DNA of 64,000 nt from Chara braunii (lineage: Eukaryota; Plantae; Charophyceae): contig BFEA01000010.1 in assembly GCA_003427395.1 (NCBI GenBank), positions 5,945,725-6,009,724 on the forward strand. The letters run 5' to 3'. The notes under the pieces were generated by a model, which was not told where the DNA came from, ran no database searches, and saw only the letters and a list, made by a program, of their open reading frames with translations. Below are positions 38,205-52,187 of this stretch, piece after piece. How positions within the stretch are numbered: position 1 is the first letter of the stretch; every line of letters starts with the position of its first letter. The translations under genes were made by a program, and so were the position numbers.

Positions 38205-39222
38205 TGCGAGGAACGAGCCCTTACGGGGCCCCTATCAAACATACACATGTCCCAGGCAGAGACCCCCAGCAAGCCAAGTGCCCGCCCTACGTGAAGGCGA
38301 TCCCGAATATTGATCAGAGGCCAAAATTCAACATTTCATATATGGGTATTCAGGCTGTTGCAGCCCACCAATCGGTTGAATGAACGCATGAGCCTCACTA
38401 AGTTGCGTCGTACAGTTGGCCCAGACCTTGGCAGTTGCACCTCGACACAAACACACAAAGTAGGCCCGATACATCATGAAGTGGCCACCGGCCTATGCAA
38501 AAGCAGTACAGTTGGCCCAGACCTTGGCAGTTGCACCTGGGCACATACACACCTGCCGCGGGGTCCTGTGCAAATGCAGCAAACGGCCCAAGCCCGAAGA
38601 CTCAAGTCGTGCCGAACTGTAAAGGGCCGAGGCACTCAACTGTAGTCTCTCGCCTGGGCGCAGGAACTGGGGCCCAACAGGAAGCTATTGGAAGCGTCCA
38701 GCCAGGCCACACGCAACATTCATGAGGTTGTCACTTTCATATAGGAAGACAGGCAACCCAGCCCAGGCATTCTGGCCTATGTGGGAAATGCGATCACGCT
38801 GCTGCGCTGCTGCATTGGACATTGCGCATCGAGGTGAGGAGGTCCGCTGCAAGGCAGCGGTGTGTGGGTTATCAAGGTCTGATGAGGGTGACGAGATACA
38901 TACCTGGTGCATGAAGAGAGGTTGGCTAAGGTGTTGACATCATGTACATTGATATTCGAGAGTTGAAGTGAGCCTGTTGCGTGAACACAGCTATAGGTAG
39001 GATAATCTAATAAGGTAGGCTAGGCGTTGGGAGCCCGACAGAAAGGAGCGACTTTGGATATTGTGTTCGTGTGGCCTGAAGGCTTGAACATTGGCTCATT
39101 ACTTCATTGTATTGCTCTAATCGGATAGATTTTCGATGCAATTGTGCTCTCTGCTTGTACACAACTACTTTGACATCTGTGCGATTTTGCACTGTATATC
39201 GTTCACACTCATATTCCTTGCA
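38205..39222 (+). repeat. LTR 2 (shared middle LTR)
   Basis: Preceded by PPT AAGAGGGATGGAA (38192-38204) and followed by degenerate PBS TGATATCGAAGC. Confidence 0.9.
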
Positions 39223-39579
39223 ATTTGATATCGAAGCTGGTTCATGATCGTCGCTTACCTGGCATCAGCGAGATTGTTACTTGGTGCGTTGAGATGCTTC
39301 TGTGCAGTAAGGATACATTGACGCTGGTTTGATATAGCGGGGCCCAGGTAGAGGGGCCGACCGTTGGAAGGCTGTGGCAACAGCGGATGTATGTATGGTG
39401 ATGAGAACATATTGATGTGGCATTTTGGCTAAGGTGGCATTGCATCGAGTTGTGGGTGGTACCGAGGCCATGACCATCATCGAAATGCACGTCAACTCAA
39501 TTAGTGAGAAATCTGTGGTTGGGGACAGCTATCTCCAGGTACGTTGTTCCCATTCCTTATGTACCCTCCTCAGTTTCTT

Positions 39580-40155
39580 CTTGCCGCGAGGAAGTGAGTC
39601 CAACCTTGAGTGTCCTCTCTTTTGTGTGAGGAGTTGTGTGCGCTTTACCTTGAGAGGCGACATTCTTCCTGGTGGCGCATCTGGCAGGAGAGGGCAATGC
39701 CTCTGAAGGCCCTCTCAATCTCTTCTTACCGTGAGGGAGCGACTCCAACCTTGAGTGTCCTCTCTTTTGTGTAAGGAGTCGTGTGTGCTCTACCTTGAGA
39801 AACGACATCCTTCCCGGTGGCGCATCTGGCAGGAGAGCGCACTGCCTCTGAAGGCCCTCTCAATCTCTTTTTACCGCGAGGAAGTGACTCCAACATTGAG
39901 TGTCCTCTCTTTTGTGAGGAGTTGTGTGACGACATTCTTCCCGGTGGCGCATCTGACAGAAGAGGGCAGTGCCTCTAAAGGCCCTCTCAATCTCTTTCGG
40001 TGGCGCATCTGGCTGGAGAGGGCAGTACCTGTGAAGGCCCTCTCAATATCTTCTTGTCGGGAGAAAGTGAGTCCAACCTTGAGTGTCCTCTCTTTTTTGT
40101 GAGTCGTGTGCGACCTTGAGAGACGACATTCTTCCCGGTGGCGCATCTGGCAGGA
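39580..40155 (+). repeat. ~120-bp unit amplified about five times in the 5' UTR of internal copy 2
   Basis: TTGAGTGTCCTCTCTTTTGTG...GGTGGCGCATCTGG recurs; single copy at ~30800-30940 in copy 1. Confidence 0.8.
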
Positions 40156-41279
40156 AGCGCACGGGTCACGGTCACTATACCAACCTATGAAAGTCGTACA
40201 CGCAGGCCATGTTGCTTTGTCCTTTGAGGCTCTTCGCTGCGCTGATAGAAGGGGTATGAAGACTGACCAGTTCCAGTTTTATGCAGACGCTCCCAGACCG
40301 TCTATAAATATTTCTGGTTGGGGTCTGAATTGTCCACTGGTTGTGATCGTCGTCCTGATTGCGACGTTAAATAATTCATGAGGCCTCTTAGAGGATGTCC
40401 TTAAATTGCCTCTTGATCAGCCAGATCAGTTGGGCATAAGGCTCGTTGAACACGAGGATAAAAAATGAGCAGGCTGGTCATAAGCATACACCTTGGGCAT
40501 AGGGGTGGGCTGTTATTAATGTACACCTTAAACACTGCCGCTTGATGATGTTCACAGACACGTTTGGATACAGAGGAAGGAGATTTCAATTTAGGACTCA
40601 ATGGGCAAACACTATAGTACCCATTATGCATACATCTGCTCACTATAGTCTATTTTAATTTTTGATTAGTTGGTGGACAAACTGCTAACACCTGACAAAC
40701 AACCTAAAGTAGGACTACGATGTTTTACCATAGCCAGTTCTTCTCGAAGCTCCTATAAGAGAACTAATCAAGGTAGAGGTAGGTTACAGTGTACAATCTG
40801 TGCATGTGTTGTTGAAGCTACTTGAACGGTAGCCTAGGTAACTCACACCGGATAATTATTATTTATTTAGTTTTATTGGCCAAATGCAAGCTACGATTGG
40901 TTCCAGCGAGAATCCTAGTGCAGTAGGTTTCAGCGAGAGTCCTCGTGCAGATAGCGTCTGCCTAACGATGAGTGAATCAGCCAGGGGTGAGGGTACCATT
41001 GACGATAGGAGGCAGACACGACGGGACAGGCACGATACCCATAGCGTTCCACTTTTCACTAGCAGGGGACGAAAGAAGGCTACGGGCCGAAGCAAGGGCC
41101 CGTAATCTAGAGATTGCAAAAGAGGCTACCTCTTCAACAATTTCTGCTGCGAACTCAATTGGTCAGATTCTGGGCATGTCGCTCAACTCGACCAGTTCAC
41201 AATCCATCTGCAGTACGTCAGGAGCTGGTTCAGTCAGAGCGTGCAGTCCAGCTCGTCGCCCCACCTTACAAGGGAGCAG

Positions 41280-44200
41280 ATGGAGCTCCTGCAGGTAGAA
41301 CTTAAACAAGCCACTAAAAAAGAGAGAGAGATTAGAGATAGGAGTGTCAGACTAGAGGGTAGGGAGGCAGACAAAGCTGCATTAGAGAGGTTAGATGACT
41401 TGACCCTTAACCGCACCGAAAATATTCTTAAGGGGAGCATCTTGTCCATGCATGCGTATATGGATAGCAAATCGGACCCTGTCCGGGATACCTTGTACCA
41501 AATCCCGAACGTCATGCACAAGCCAAGAATCAGACCTGCAGATTTGCCATCATTGTCGTTCTCAGCGATGACAGGCTCGTATCCGCCTCAATCCGAACCA
41601 ATACCAAGCGGTACGGCCGCAGCAACCATGTCTCAGACTATGGTTTCTTCATCTTCTTGTCCAGCAGAACGGCTGCAACAGCCATGTCTCAAACTATGGC
41701 TTCTTCATCTTCTGGTCCAGCAGCTGGTGCTACACCCCAGCCGCCACCTATCTCGCAAGTGGGACAACAGCAACCTAAGAACCCCAAGACCTCACTGCAG
41801 CCACCTGCCACCTTCTCAGGAGATAAGAAGGAAAAGGCTCTTAACACACATGGTTGAGAACGGTTCCAGTGTGGGTCAGGGGGAAGAGGCCGTTGGTAGA
41901 GGAGGAGGTGATAACTGCTGCATCCTACTTGGCTTACAAGGGATTCAAGGCACATGGGTGATTGGACCAAGACCCACACCCTAAAAAGTTTTATGGATTT
42001 GCTAGAGGCGCGGTGGCACAACCCTTAGTAGGCGCAGATAGCCATTGATGGGTTTTTGGAAACTTGATGCTAGGAAGTACAAGTCGGTGCGCGAATTCAC
42101 CACGACCATAGAACGTTTGATTGTTGTCCTAGGCGTGGAGTACAAGTCGGTGCGCGAATTCACCACGACCNNNNNNNNNNNNNNNTACAAGTCGGTGCGC
42201 GAATTCACCACGACCATAGAACGTTTGATTGTTGTCCTAGGCGTGGAGTACAAGTCGGTGCGCGAATTCACCACGACCATGTTCTTGAGATGTCTTCCCA
42301 CATACATCAAGAACTTCTTAGCCAACGAGGTTCGGCTAGAGTATCACACTTTCGAGACCTTAAGCAAGAAGGCCCTAGATTTATAGGCTACGGTGCTCAA
42401 GCTCCCCCTACGAACGGGAGAAAAAAAAAACTCCGCAAGAGTGGAAGAAAAATGGTAGTAGATTGATGATGGTTGATTCCGAAGGAAATCAAATTAAGAT
42501 CGATGATATTTCTAACCTTGTGGACAGTTCAGAATTAGACGGCGACAATAGTGTTGAGGGTAGTAACCTCGCGGCGGTACTCAAAACTAAGGCAGGTGGC
42601 CGCGGCAAAGGCGGCCAACAGAGGAGTCGAGCAAACCGCAAACCCAAACAAAATAGTTGCTTGGGTTAAAGCCGGTTTAGATCAAGATGTGTGGCAGGAC
42701 CGTTCACAGCGACGAGCCCTCATAAACTATGTGCTTCCAAAATACAAAGTTGGACGAATCTGGAAACTTCAGGAAATCCACTTTATACCACTTATTTTTA
42801 TTTGTTTCTGGTTTCACGTCTTATTTTATTAGTGACCATGATTGGAGCTATACTACTTACCACGCATAAGACTAAAGTAAAAAGACAAGATGTTTTTCAA
42901 CAAATTATGATAGATTTTCAGACCACTATAAAAAAAATATGACAATAGAAAGGTCTCTATAAGTGCGCCGATTTCGACTTCTTTGTGGAGGATGTAGTTT
43001 GAACTCCGACATTGTTCAGAACATGTCTAAAACAATACCTTACCTTATCCCAAGAGGCTCGACTCTTGCGACAGCCGACGAAGGCCTCTAGAGGCTCGCC
43101 GCAGAGTTGGAAAAATGACTATCAGCAGCTTGTATGCAGAAACTCAAAGGTCGCGCATATTTCCCGTAGAAGATCCCTCCTAAGGGTGGGTATCCTTCTT
43201 CTCAATCTTGGGCCTCTACTAGCTCCACCTCGGGAAACACCTACGGCTAGTAGATGTTGTAACTGCTTCTACTATTGTTGAAGCGGGTGATGTACCCTCC
43301 CCGTTTGAAGAGTTGGCTGAAGCTATTGACTCCTTACATCCGGACCCAACCATACTCTGTACGATGGATGTGTCTGAAACCTTAGAGGATTTTCAAGGTA
43401 AGTGATCGGCAAGGGACCCTCGTGGTCCTGGGTGAGTCGCGATCCCAAAAGGGAGCATTTTGTTATGGAAGTTGGTGTGGGTGGCCGCAAGCGCGGTGCC
43501 TTCGTAGACATCGGCTCCATGCGAAACTTCATAAGTCGCGATTGTGTTCAGAGACCGCGCCTGAAGGACTGGGTGCAAGAGTCGGGCAAAACACAAACCC
43601 AAACAAAATAGCTGTTTGGGTTAAAGCCGATTTAGATCAAGATGTGTGGCAGGACCGTTGGCAGCCAGGAGCCTGCATAAACTGTGCCGAGTATGACCGT
43701 CAGCAGTTTAAATGCAAAAACTCCAAGGTCGCGCAAATTTCCCGCAGAAGATCCCTCCTAAGGGTGGGTATCCTTCTACTAGCTCCACCTCGGGAAACAC
43801 CTACAACTAGTAGAAGTTGTTGCTGCTTCTACTATTGTTGAAGCGGGTGATGTACCCTCCCTGTTTCAAGAGTTGGCTAAATCTATTGACTCCTTAGGAC
43901 CCAACCATACTCTGTACGTTGGATGTGTCTGAAGCCTTAGAGGACCTTCAAGGTGAGTGGTCGACAAAGGCCCCTCGTGGTCCTGGGTGGCACTATGCCG
44001 CAAGTTCATGCCATAGAGATCATCCCAGGTAGCAAAACACCTGAAGGGAGAATCTATAGGATGGCTCCGACCGAGTTGGATGAGCTGCGACGACAACTGA
44101 AATAGCTCACAGAGAAGGGATGGATACGGCCTAGCACCTCCCCCCTTGGCTCAACAATATTATTTGTCCCAAACAAAGGAGGAACACTTAATTATATACA

Positions 44201-46895
44201 CCTCAACGCCATCACTGTAAGGAACGCAGAGCCTCTACCACACATCGACAACCTATTGGATACGGTGCATGGATACAAGTACTATACTAAGATTTAAAAT
44301 CCGTCCACCATCAAATTGCTATAAGATAAGAGGATCAGCACAAAACCGCATTCCAAACCAAGTACGGTCCCCTTGGCCTTAGCAATACGCTGAGTACATT
44401 CCAGCTCACCATAAATAGAATTTTTCATGACTACTTAGATAGGTTCGTCGTTGTGTCCCTTGATGATATACTCATCTTCAATAGACTGTCGAGGAGCATG
44501 CTCAACCTGTAGACAAGGTGCTTTCACTCCTTCGGCAACACAAAAACAAAATAGACTTAAAAATGTGAGTTCGATCGCCCTCGAATTTTGCAATTGGGTC
44601 ATGGGATTAAGCCCGAAGATGCGAAGGTGGCTAGCATACGTGACTGGCCATGACCCCCGTCTGTGACTGAGGTGAGATCGTTCTCAGGAATGTGTGGTTA
44701 TTACCACAACTTTATTAAGAACTATGACACGATCACATCTCCCTTGACTTATCTAACTCGACTTGATTTCCCACGGGAATGGACAAACGAGTGTGAGGCA
44801 ACTCTCAAGCGTTTCAAGCGTGCACTCATGCACCATGAGATTGACACCCGACCCGCAAAGGCAGTTTATGGTAACCACTGACACAACCGACGAGTGTGAG
44901 GCAACTCTCAAGCGTTTCTCAAGCGTTTCAAGTGTGCACTCGTGCACCATGAGATTGGTACCCGACCTGCAAAGGCAGTTTATCGTAACCACTAACACAA
45001 GTCAATACGACATTGCCGCAATGCTGGCTCAGCAGGAAGGGAAAAAGTTGAGACAGGTCGAGTATATGAGCAAACAGATGTCATAAAAAAAGTTGGCAAA
45101 GTCCACCCATGAGAGGGAACTTTATGACCTCTACAAGACACTTGCCCACTTATGAAGGATCTTCTATTTGAGAACTGACCATCAGACCCTCAAGTGGAGC
45201 AAGGCACAACCGGTTCTCTTTGATGTACTCGAACGCTGGATTGAAGTCGTAGATCAGTATGGTTTCAAACTAGACTATGTGAAAGGAGAGTACAACAAGG
45301 TTGCGGATGCATTGTCTCGTAGGACAGATTACCTAGGTGAGCTGATTTTTGAATTTGACCTTTTTAAGAACATTACTTAGTCCTTGGGGGAAGCCTACAA
45401 GAAAAACCCTATCACGATTGACATCATCAACAAACTAGAGGTCAAAGACAAGGCCACCACTGACAAGTTTGTGATGGTGGATGTGTTACTCTTCCTTGAG
45501 AAGGCAAGGTTTCAAAGGTTGGTTAGATGTGCTGCATCTTTTTCAGGTAAATTATGAAAAGCACCTAACTTTTCTTGTGTCTCTAGATTCTTAAGCCGTT
45601 GTTATTCCATCCAGCGAGATTTTGCGCATAGTTTATTTTCAGGTTCGTGCCGCGATGCAACACGACATTTCGGCTATAAAAAGACTAGTGTTAATTTAGT
45701 GCAGCAATTCTAGCGGCCTAACATGCTTGACGATGCAAAAAAGTATGTACAGGCCTGTCAGGTCTGTCAGCTGGACAAGCCGCATACTCAAGCTCCACTT
45801 GGGTTATTAATGCCTCTACCCATCCCTGCTGGTCCGGGGCAGAGTATCTCGATGGACTTCATGGATACCCTCGTGGCCAGCAAAAGTGGCAAGATATATT
45901 TTCGTCATAGTTGATAGGTTCATTAAATGTGCTAGACTAATTGTCATGCCAGAGACCGCCAGGACTCAACACATCATCAAGTTATTCATGGATAACTGGG
46001 CACGTGAATTTGGACTGCCAAAGATGATCGTTAGTGATAGAGATGTGTGTTTCACAAGCGAGATGTGGAAGAAGGCCAGATGGGCAGCCAGCTCCAAATG
46101 ACTTCTAGGAATCATACCAAACCCCATGGATGACTCACACAAATGAATCGGGTGATGCAACATTTGCTGAGGCATCATACTAAGCCTGACCAGGATGACT
46201 GGGATGAGAAATTACCTCTCATTGCGAGTCTGTACAAATAACGATGTACACAACACCGCCAGGGTCACCCCGAATCAGCTGCGTCTGTGTGGAAGCCTAG
46301 ATCTGCATTAGACTTCCTCCTTACCTGCTGCAACTATTGGAACCATCAAGTTTGGTGTCCAATACGAGAAGTTGTTGCAGCAAGCTGTCGAGAACATCAA
46401 GAAGTCTCAGGAGGCAATGATTGCTTCCGAGAAAAAACATCGCTGACAGTCCACATTTCAGGTAGGGGAACGTGTCTGGGTTAAACCTAGTGAACTGGGA
46501 CAAGGAGTTCGGCAGCTCTAGGTAACTAATGCCTTAGTACTTGGGTACCTGGGAAGTCCTGGATATTGTGGGTAGTGAGATGGATGGTCCCTCGTACGTT
46601 ATCCGCATCCCTGGCCACTTACGCACTCACCTTGTGTTTCATGCCTCAAAGCTCACTCCTTTCGCCGAGACAGAACAGTTCCCATGAAGGAGATCTACGC
46701 TGGCCCCAACCATGGATGGCCACGTGGACGTCGATGATATCCTGGAGCACAGAGACACGCCTGTTCCCAAGCCAGCTGGCAGGGGTAGACAGCCTAAACC
46801 TGTAAAGGAGTATAGAGTTCGATTCAGGCATCATACTGACCCGAAGAAAGAGCGGTGATTTACCAGGGAAGAGCTGGTCAAGACAGCTCCTCAGA
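41280..46895 (+). pseudogene. gag-pol remnant of internal copy 2 (rearranged)
   Basis: Same motifs as copy 1; internal duplication at 43583-43990, loss of much of the PR-RT linker, many stops. Confidence 0.88.
42729..43114 (+). pseudogene. nad6: NUMT: mitochondrial nad6 3' end plus downstream DNA
   Basis: ASKIQSWTNLETSGNPLYTTYFYLFLVSRLILLVTMIGAILLTTHKTKVKRQDVFQQ* (stop at 42942) matches the plant NAD6 C-terminus; it interrupts the gag Zn-knuckle codons. Confidence 0.88.
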
Positions 46896-47846
46896 TGTGT
46901 ATTCACGCTGTTGCAGCCCACCAGTTGGTTGAATGAACACGTGAGCCTCACTAAGTTGCGTCATACAGTTGGCCTATTGGCAGTTACGCCTGGGCACATA
47001 CACACAAAGCAGGGCCGATACATCATGAAGTGGCCACCGGCCTATGCAAAAGCAGAACTGCCGACGTAACCGGGGTCCTGTGCAAATTCAGCAAACGGCC
47101 CAAGTCCGAAGACTCGAGCCGTGCCCAGCTGTAAAGGGCCCAAGCCCTCAACTGCAGTTTCTGACCTGGGCGCAGGAACTGGGGCCCACCGGGAAGCTAC
47201 TGGAAGCTTCCAGCCAGGCCACACGCAGCATTCAGGAGGCCGCCACTTGCATATAGGAAGAGAGGCAGCCCAAGCCAGGCATTCTGGCCTACGTGGGCAA
47301 TGCGGTCACGCCGCTGCGCCGCTGCATTGGACGCTGCGCTAAGGCTCATGCGGTGGCGGGGTGTATTGAGGTGAGGAGGTGCGCTGCAGGGCAGCGAAGT
47401 GCTGGCAGGCATAGCCGGGCTGCTGAGTGCTAGGGGGTAAGAGGGTAATCAGGTGGTCTTCAAGGAAGGAGGCGATGTGTGGGTCATCAAGGTCTGACGG
47501 GGGTGACGAGATACGTACCTGGTGCATGAAGAGAGGTCGGCTATGGTGTTGACATCATGTACATTGGTCTTCGAGAGTCGAAGTGAGCCCGTTGCATGAA
47601 CACAGCTGTAGGTAGGATAATCCAGTACGGTAGGCTAGGTGTTGGGCGCCAGACAGAGAGGAGCAACTTTGGATACTGTGTTGGTGTGGTCTAAGGGCTT
47701 GAGCATTGGCTCATTATTCGTTGTATTGCTCTAATTGGATGGATTCTCGGTGCAATTGTGCTCTCTGCTTGTACACGACTACTTTGACATCTGTGTGATT
47801 TCGCAACTTGGTTTTCTGTATATCGTTCACACTCATATTCCTTGCA
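46895..47846 (+). repeat. LTR 3 (5' ~140 bp and PPT deleted)
   Basis: Homologous to LTR1/2 from GTATTCA onward, ends TTCCTTGCA, and carries an extra ~70 bp at ~47400-47475. Confidence 0.88.
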
Positions 47847-50800
47847 GAACCCTTCCTCCCAAACTTCTATGGTGAACCCTAGGGACGCCGCACTCTTAAC
47901 AAACCTAGGACGTGAGAGCAGAAAATTCTAGGCTCAACAAAATAGGTTCCAACACAGTGTGGAGGATGGCTGTGTCTGCACACCAGGTGACCTCATCCTA
48001 TAGTCACGAACATCAAGCAGTGCAGAAGCAAGCTCAAAGTGAAGAGCAAATGGACTCCTGCCATGGTATTCGCATCATAACATAAAAAGAAAGTGGACTG
48101 CTGCAGTATCAGAGGTTTAAAACCACCACTACCCTTCCCAGGCAACTTTGAGAATAAAAAATGTAACATCCCAGGTTCTTCTTCAGAGGCTGGGCACTAC
48201 AGGACACAAATTGCTGACAGCACCAGCCAAAAGGGAAAAACGAGAAGGAAAAACCGCTGTGCCCATGCTTTGGCACAGCTTGCCACACACTACAAGTCCA
48301 CCCTGGCAAAAGGAGGTTCAGACATGGCGGTGGTCTGACCCAGCACTACTCTGCCCACATACCCCAGTCACACTCAGCACTACCCTGCCCAAGCTCCCCG
48401 CTCGTACTGGGCTTCCCAAATGCCCATGGCAGAGGACAACTCAAATCACCACCTACCAAACCATCATAATCTTTCCCTAATTGTGATGGCTCACCCATCA
48501 CCTGCCATCACCAACATCAGGTTAATGAGGTCTGTATAAGTTCTACTTTAGAGATCACAGGTTCAAACAACAAACAAACAGTGCCCCAACACTTAAACAA
48601 ACTGATAGGCCTTACCTCAGCCCTTGTACGAAGTCGACAGATCGAATCATGAAAAAAAGGAGTAGCAGTTGTGCCAGCGTTGTCAACCGTCAAAGGCCGA
48701 CTCCTGATGGCAGAAAGAGGCTGGGACACGTAGTGGTCATTTTTACCGATGAACTTGGGAAATTCCATTCCCACTTGGGGGCTTGATGGCCTTGGGCTAC
48801 CAAAGGGAAAAGGCTGGGTGGTGGGGCCGGGCAAAGTGATGGTATTTCTCATCTGTTCTGGTTCGGCAAACCTTGGCGCGTGACAGAAAGAGGCTGGTAT
48901 TTTTTACCAATGAACTCGTGAAATTCCATTCCCACTTGAGGGCACAGCTGAGCATGGAGTTTATGACTAGCGACATTGGTGCGATTGCTAGTTGTTGCTG
49001 TTTTTTTCACGATTTGAACCGTTGACTTCGCATATTTTTGTGGGTTTCGACCCAGTAACTACTGAGCTCTTTCATTAGGACCATTGGTGTTGACGATACT
49101 AAGGACTATTACTAAAGTTTTTGAGGATGGTCTCGAACTGTGGTCTGTAGGACTTTACTGATTTTTTCGAGAAAAGGCATTGGACGGTACTACTTGTTGG
49201 ACAAGTGAAAAACCTTCATCAGGTAGGATACCTACTGTGCGTTAACCTCTTTTAAAAAATGTACGTACTTTTCTTCTAGAGCTTTCCTTTTAGAACTAGA
49301 CAACCCAATACTTACATAAATAGGTGATGCGCAAACCATTTTATCCGGGGTTGTCATTTGTCATTCACTCTCCTCTTCTCCCTCTCCTGTTCTCCCTCTC
49401 CTCTCTCTCTTCTCTCTTCTCTTCTTCTTCAAACTTCCTCCTCTTCTTCCTTCTGTTTTGCCATCTTTGGTGTCCTTGTTCCTGGTTTATTGCTGCTTAT
49501 TAGCTGTCTGATGACATACAAGGCCGCCAAGCCCCTAGGGATGCGCAGCAATCCACCCCAAACAGCGGAGCAAATAACCTACCTGGGCTGCAGTAGCCGT
49601 GGTTTAAGACTCACACATTGTGGGCCACCAACCAGGATGACATCTTTTTTCTTTTACCTGTCTTTTAAACGACGAACAGCCTTGATATATCATCTTTGGA
49701 GTTTGAACCAACTGGGCCCATGTAAATTCAGGGTTATTTGATCACATCAGATCTGAACTCAAGTCTCTGTTTCAACGGTTCAACGGTTCAACGGTTCATG
49801 GGTGTGCGGACTGAGATAGGGCAGTTGGTGACGACATCAGCCTTGAGATATCATCTTTGAACTGACTGCCCCCTGGTTTGAACTGAGTTACTACTCATTT
49901 GACTACAATGGACTTTTAAGTTTGAACTCAAATCTTTGCTTCAATAGTTCATGGATGTACGGACTGAGATAGGGCAGTTGGTGATGACATCCTTTTGCAT
50001 CAACACTTCTTTCATTCTTTAAGTTCAATCAGGACTCGAGCTCCGGTCCGTATCCGAAAACTTCAAGTGGGTACCAAATTACCAACTGAGCTAGCAGTAA
50101 CTCGTTTCCTTTTGGGTAGAATTTCATCTTTCCACCGGGGCAGACCTGGACCAGCGACAATGCTGTTCCGCCACCACAGTGGTCGCTCTGTCCTTCTCGC
50201 ACTATGCATTCATGGTTTGAACAAACACCAGGCTGTTCATGAGTTCGAGGACAGATAGGCAGGGACTCTACACGCCGTCCCCCACGAGGCAAGTCTGACA
50301 ACCGGCGCCCATAACACATCAGTCTATCGCCAGATCCCTGCAACACGAGTAACCGATTTTATTGATGCTTTGCATGCGCTCGGACTTCTACTTTCTATCC
50401 TGTCTGTCTCAGTGTGTATCTATTTTCCCTCCTGCCTGTCCCCGTGTCTGTGTTCTCTTGTCATCGATGATTCATGGCACATCTGTGAGGCCTTAGCACT
50501 GCGCAACTTGACGTTCTTGACCGACTCAAGCATTGCTGAGGCATGAAAACCACCAACCCCAGATGACAACACATCATAAACGGGGGTAGGATGAGCAAGT
50601 GAGAGGACCGATGACTAAGAGAGAACGCCCATCGGCAGTTCAATCAGACACACCGCACAGACTGCAAGACGATCACCACAAAACAGGATCGCTTGTTCCA
50701 GGCTGGCAGTGGTTGCTTCTCTCGTTCAGATTCTCTCGAGCATCCCCCCTGTGTAAACATGACAAAAATTATGGGCAGGGAAGGCTAGGAGGTGGGTACA

Positions 50801-52128
50801 GAACGATAGTCCAGTTCAAGTTCGTCCCTCTGCCAACAGGCAGCGAGAGACAAGTATCAATTTCCAATGCAACAAGTGAGGATGCCTCTCGAAGTAGCTT
50901 GCATTTTAAGACCGGACGAAGCAATGGTTCTTACATCAGTTGTCCTTCTGTTGTTGTTTACCTATTGTTGTTGTCGCAGAATGTCCAAAATACACCTCTT
51001 GTAGACAGATCTTCATCATACAGGACCTCTAGAAGAGAGGAATCATCAACGCAATCCGATGTCCATCCTTTGTGCAAAATACAACGGTAATCTGCACAAC
51101 TCGGATAACAGAACTGCGAAGGACAAGAAGAGAACACCACAAGAAGAAAATCTTTGAATGCCAACCACTTCCTGCAAAGGAGATGAAAAATGGGACAGCT
51201 CCGGTCGGTTCCGAATCCAATCTTCCTCACTTCCTAGGAGCACAAGTCGACCACTGTTCGTCTGCATACCCACCGACATCAAGTCCCACTCTTAAATGAT
51301 CTCCACCACTATTTATCTCGCTCGCAAAGGGCTTGTGACAAACTCATCCACAAGCTTTCGCTCTCCTTCATGCAGACGGTACTCCAATAATAGTCTCCCA
51401 GAGACCCACAACGGAATCACACCATCTCTGCAGCTGGAACAAAGAATGGAAACACCTTTCCTTCCCGATAACACTCTCTCTTATCATTCAATACACAAAG
51501 ACAATACATTCTGACACCTCAAAATGGGGAACCACGGCAAAAGAAACCAAAAAAACACACACATTTCTCGATCCCTCCCTTCAACACTTCACCCTACACT
51601 TTTCCTCCTAAATTAGTCCCCTATCCCACGAACATATCGAACCCGTAACCTCCCTCATGCCTCAAACTTCGCCGCCTTCTTTCACTCAAAACTCCCCTCC
51701 TCACGTCACTCACAAACCCCCTCTTCTCGTGTTCTACGACTGCCGATCAACCAAGCTGGTTGCATCCAGAATACAAGTGCTGTCAACATACTTATCACAT
51801 TCCTCCTGATCTCTCTCTCGCCCCCGTTGGCCTCTCCCTCCGCCGCCCTTCCTCTCCCCTTCTCTCTGGCCCTCTCTCAACATAATTCTTGCATGACCAC
51901 TGCTTCCTTTTCCCTTCCTGCTTGTCTTCACTTCAAGAGTAATACAACTGCCAATCAACCAAAGCTGGTTGCTCAAAAATCAGATCCAATATGTCCTCAC
52001 CTCTCCAATTTCTCAGCTCCTATCACTTGATCTACCGGACAGCACACATCCCAACACTCCCCACACCAGCATGTGGACATCCCTGACCACAACAACCCCC
52101 CAACGATTTTAGATGAGATACAACCCAC

Positions 52129-52187
<59 letters not shown>

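Larger units (their letters stand above)
29445..47846 (+). mobile_element. Ty3/gypsy chromovirus tandem: LTR-int-LTR-int-LTR, decayed
   Basis: Three homologous LTRs, two gag-PR-RT-RH-INT-chromo internal regions, and GAAC on both outer flanks (29441-29444, 47847-47850). Confidence 0.9.

Noticed and set aside
42077-42280. 60-bp tandem repeats in gag
   Set aside because: Identical copies flank a small N gap; probably an assembly overlap artefact.
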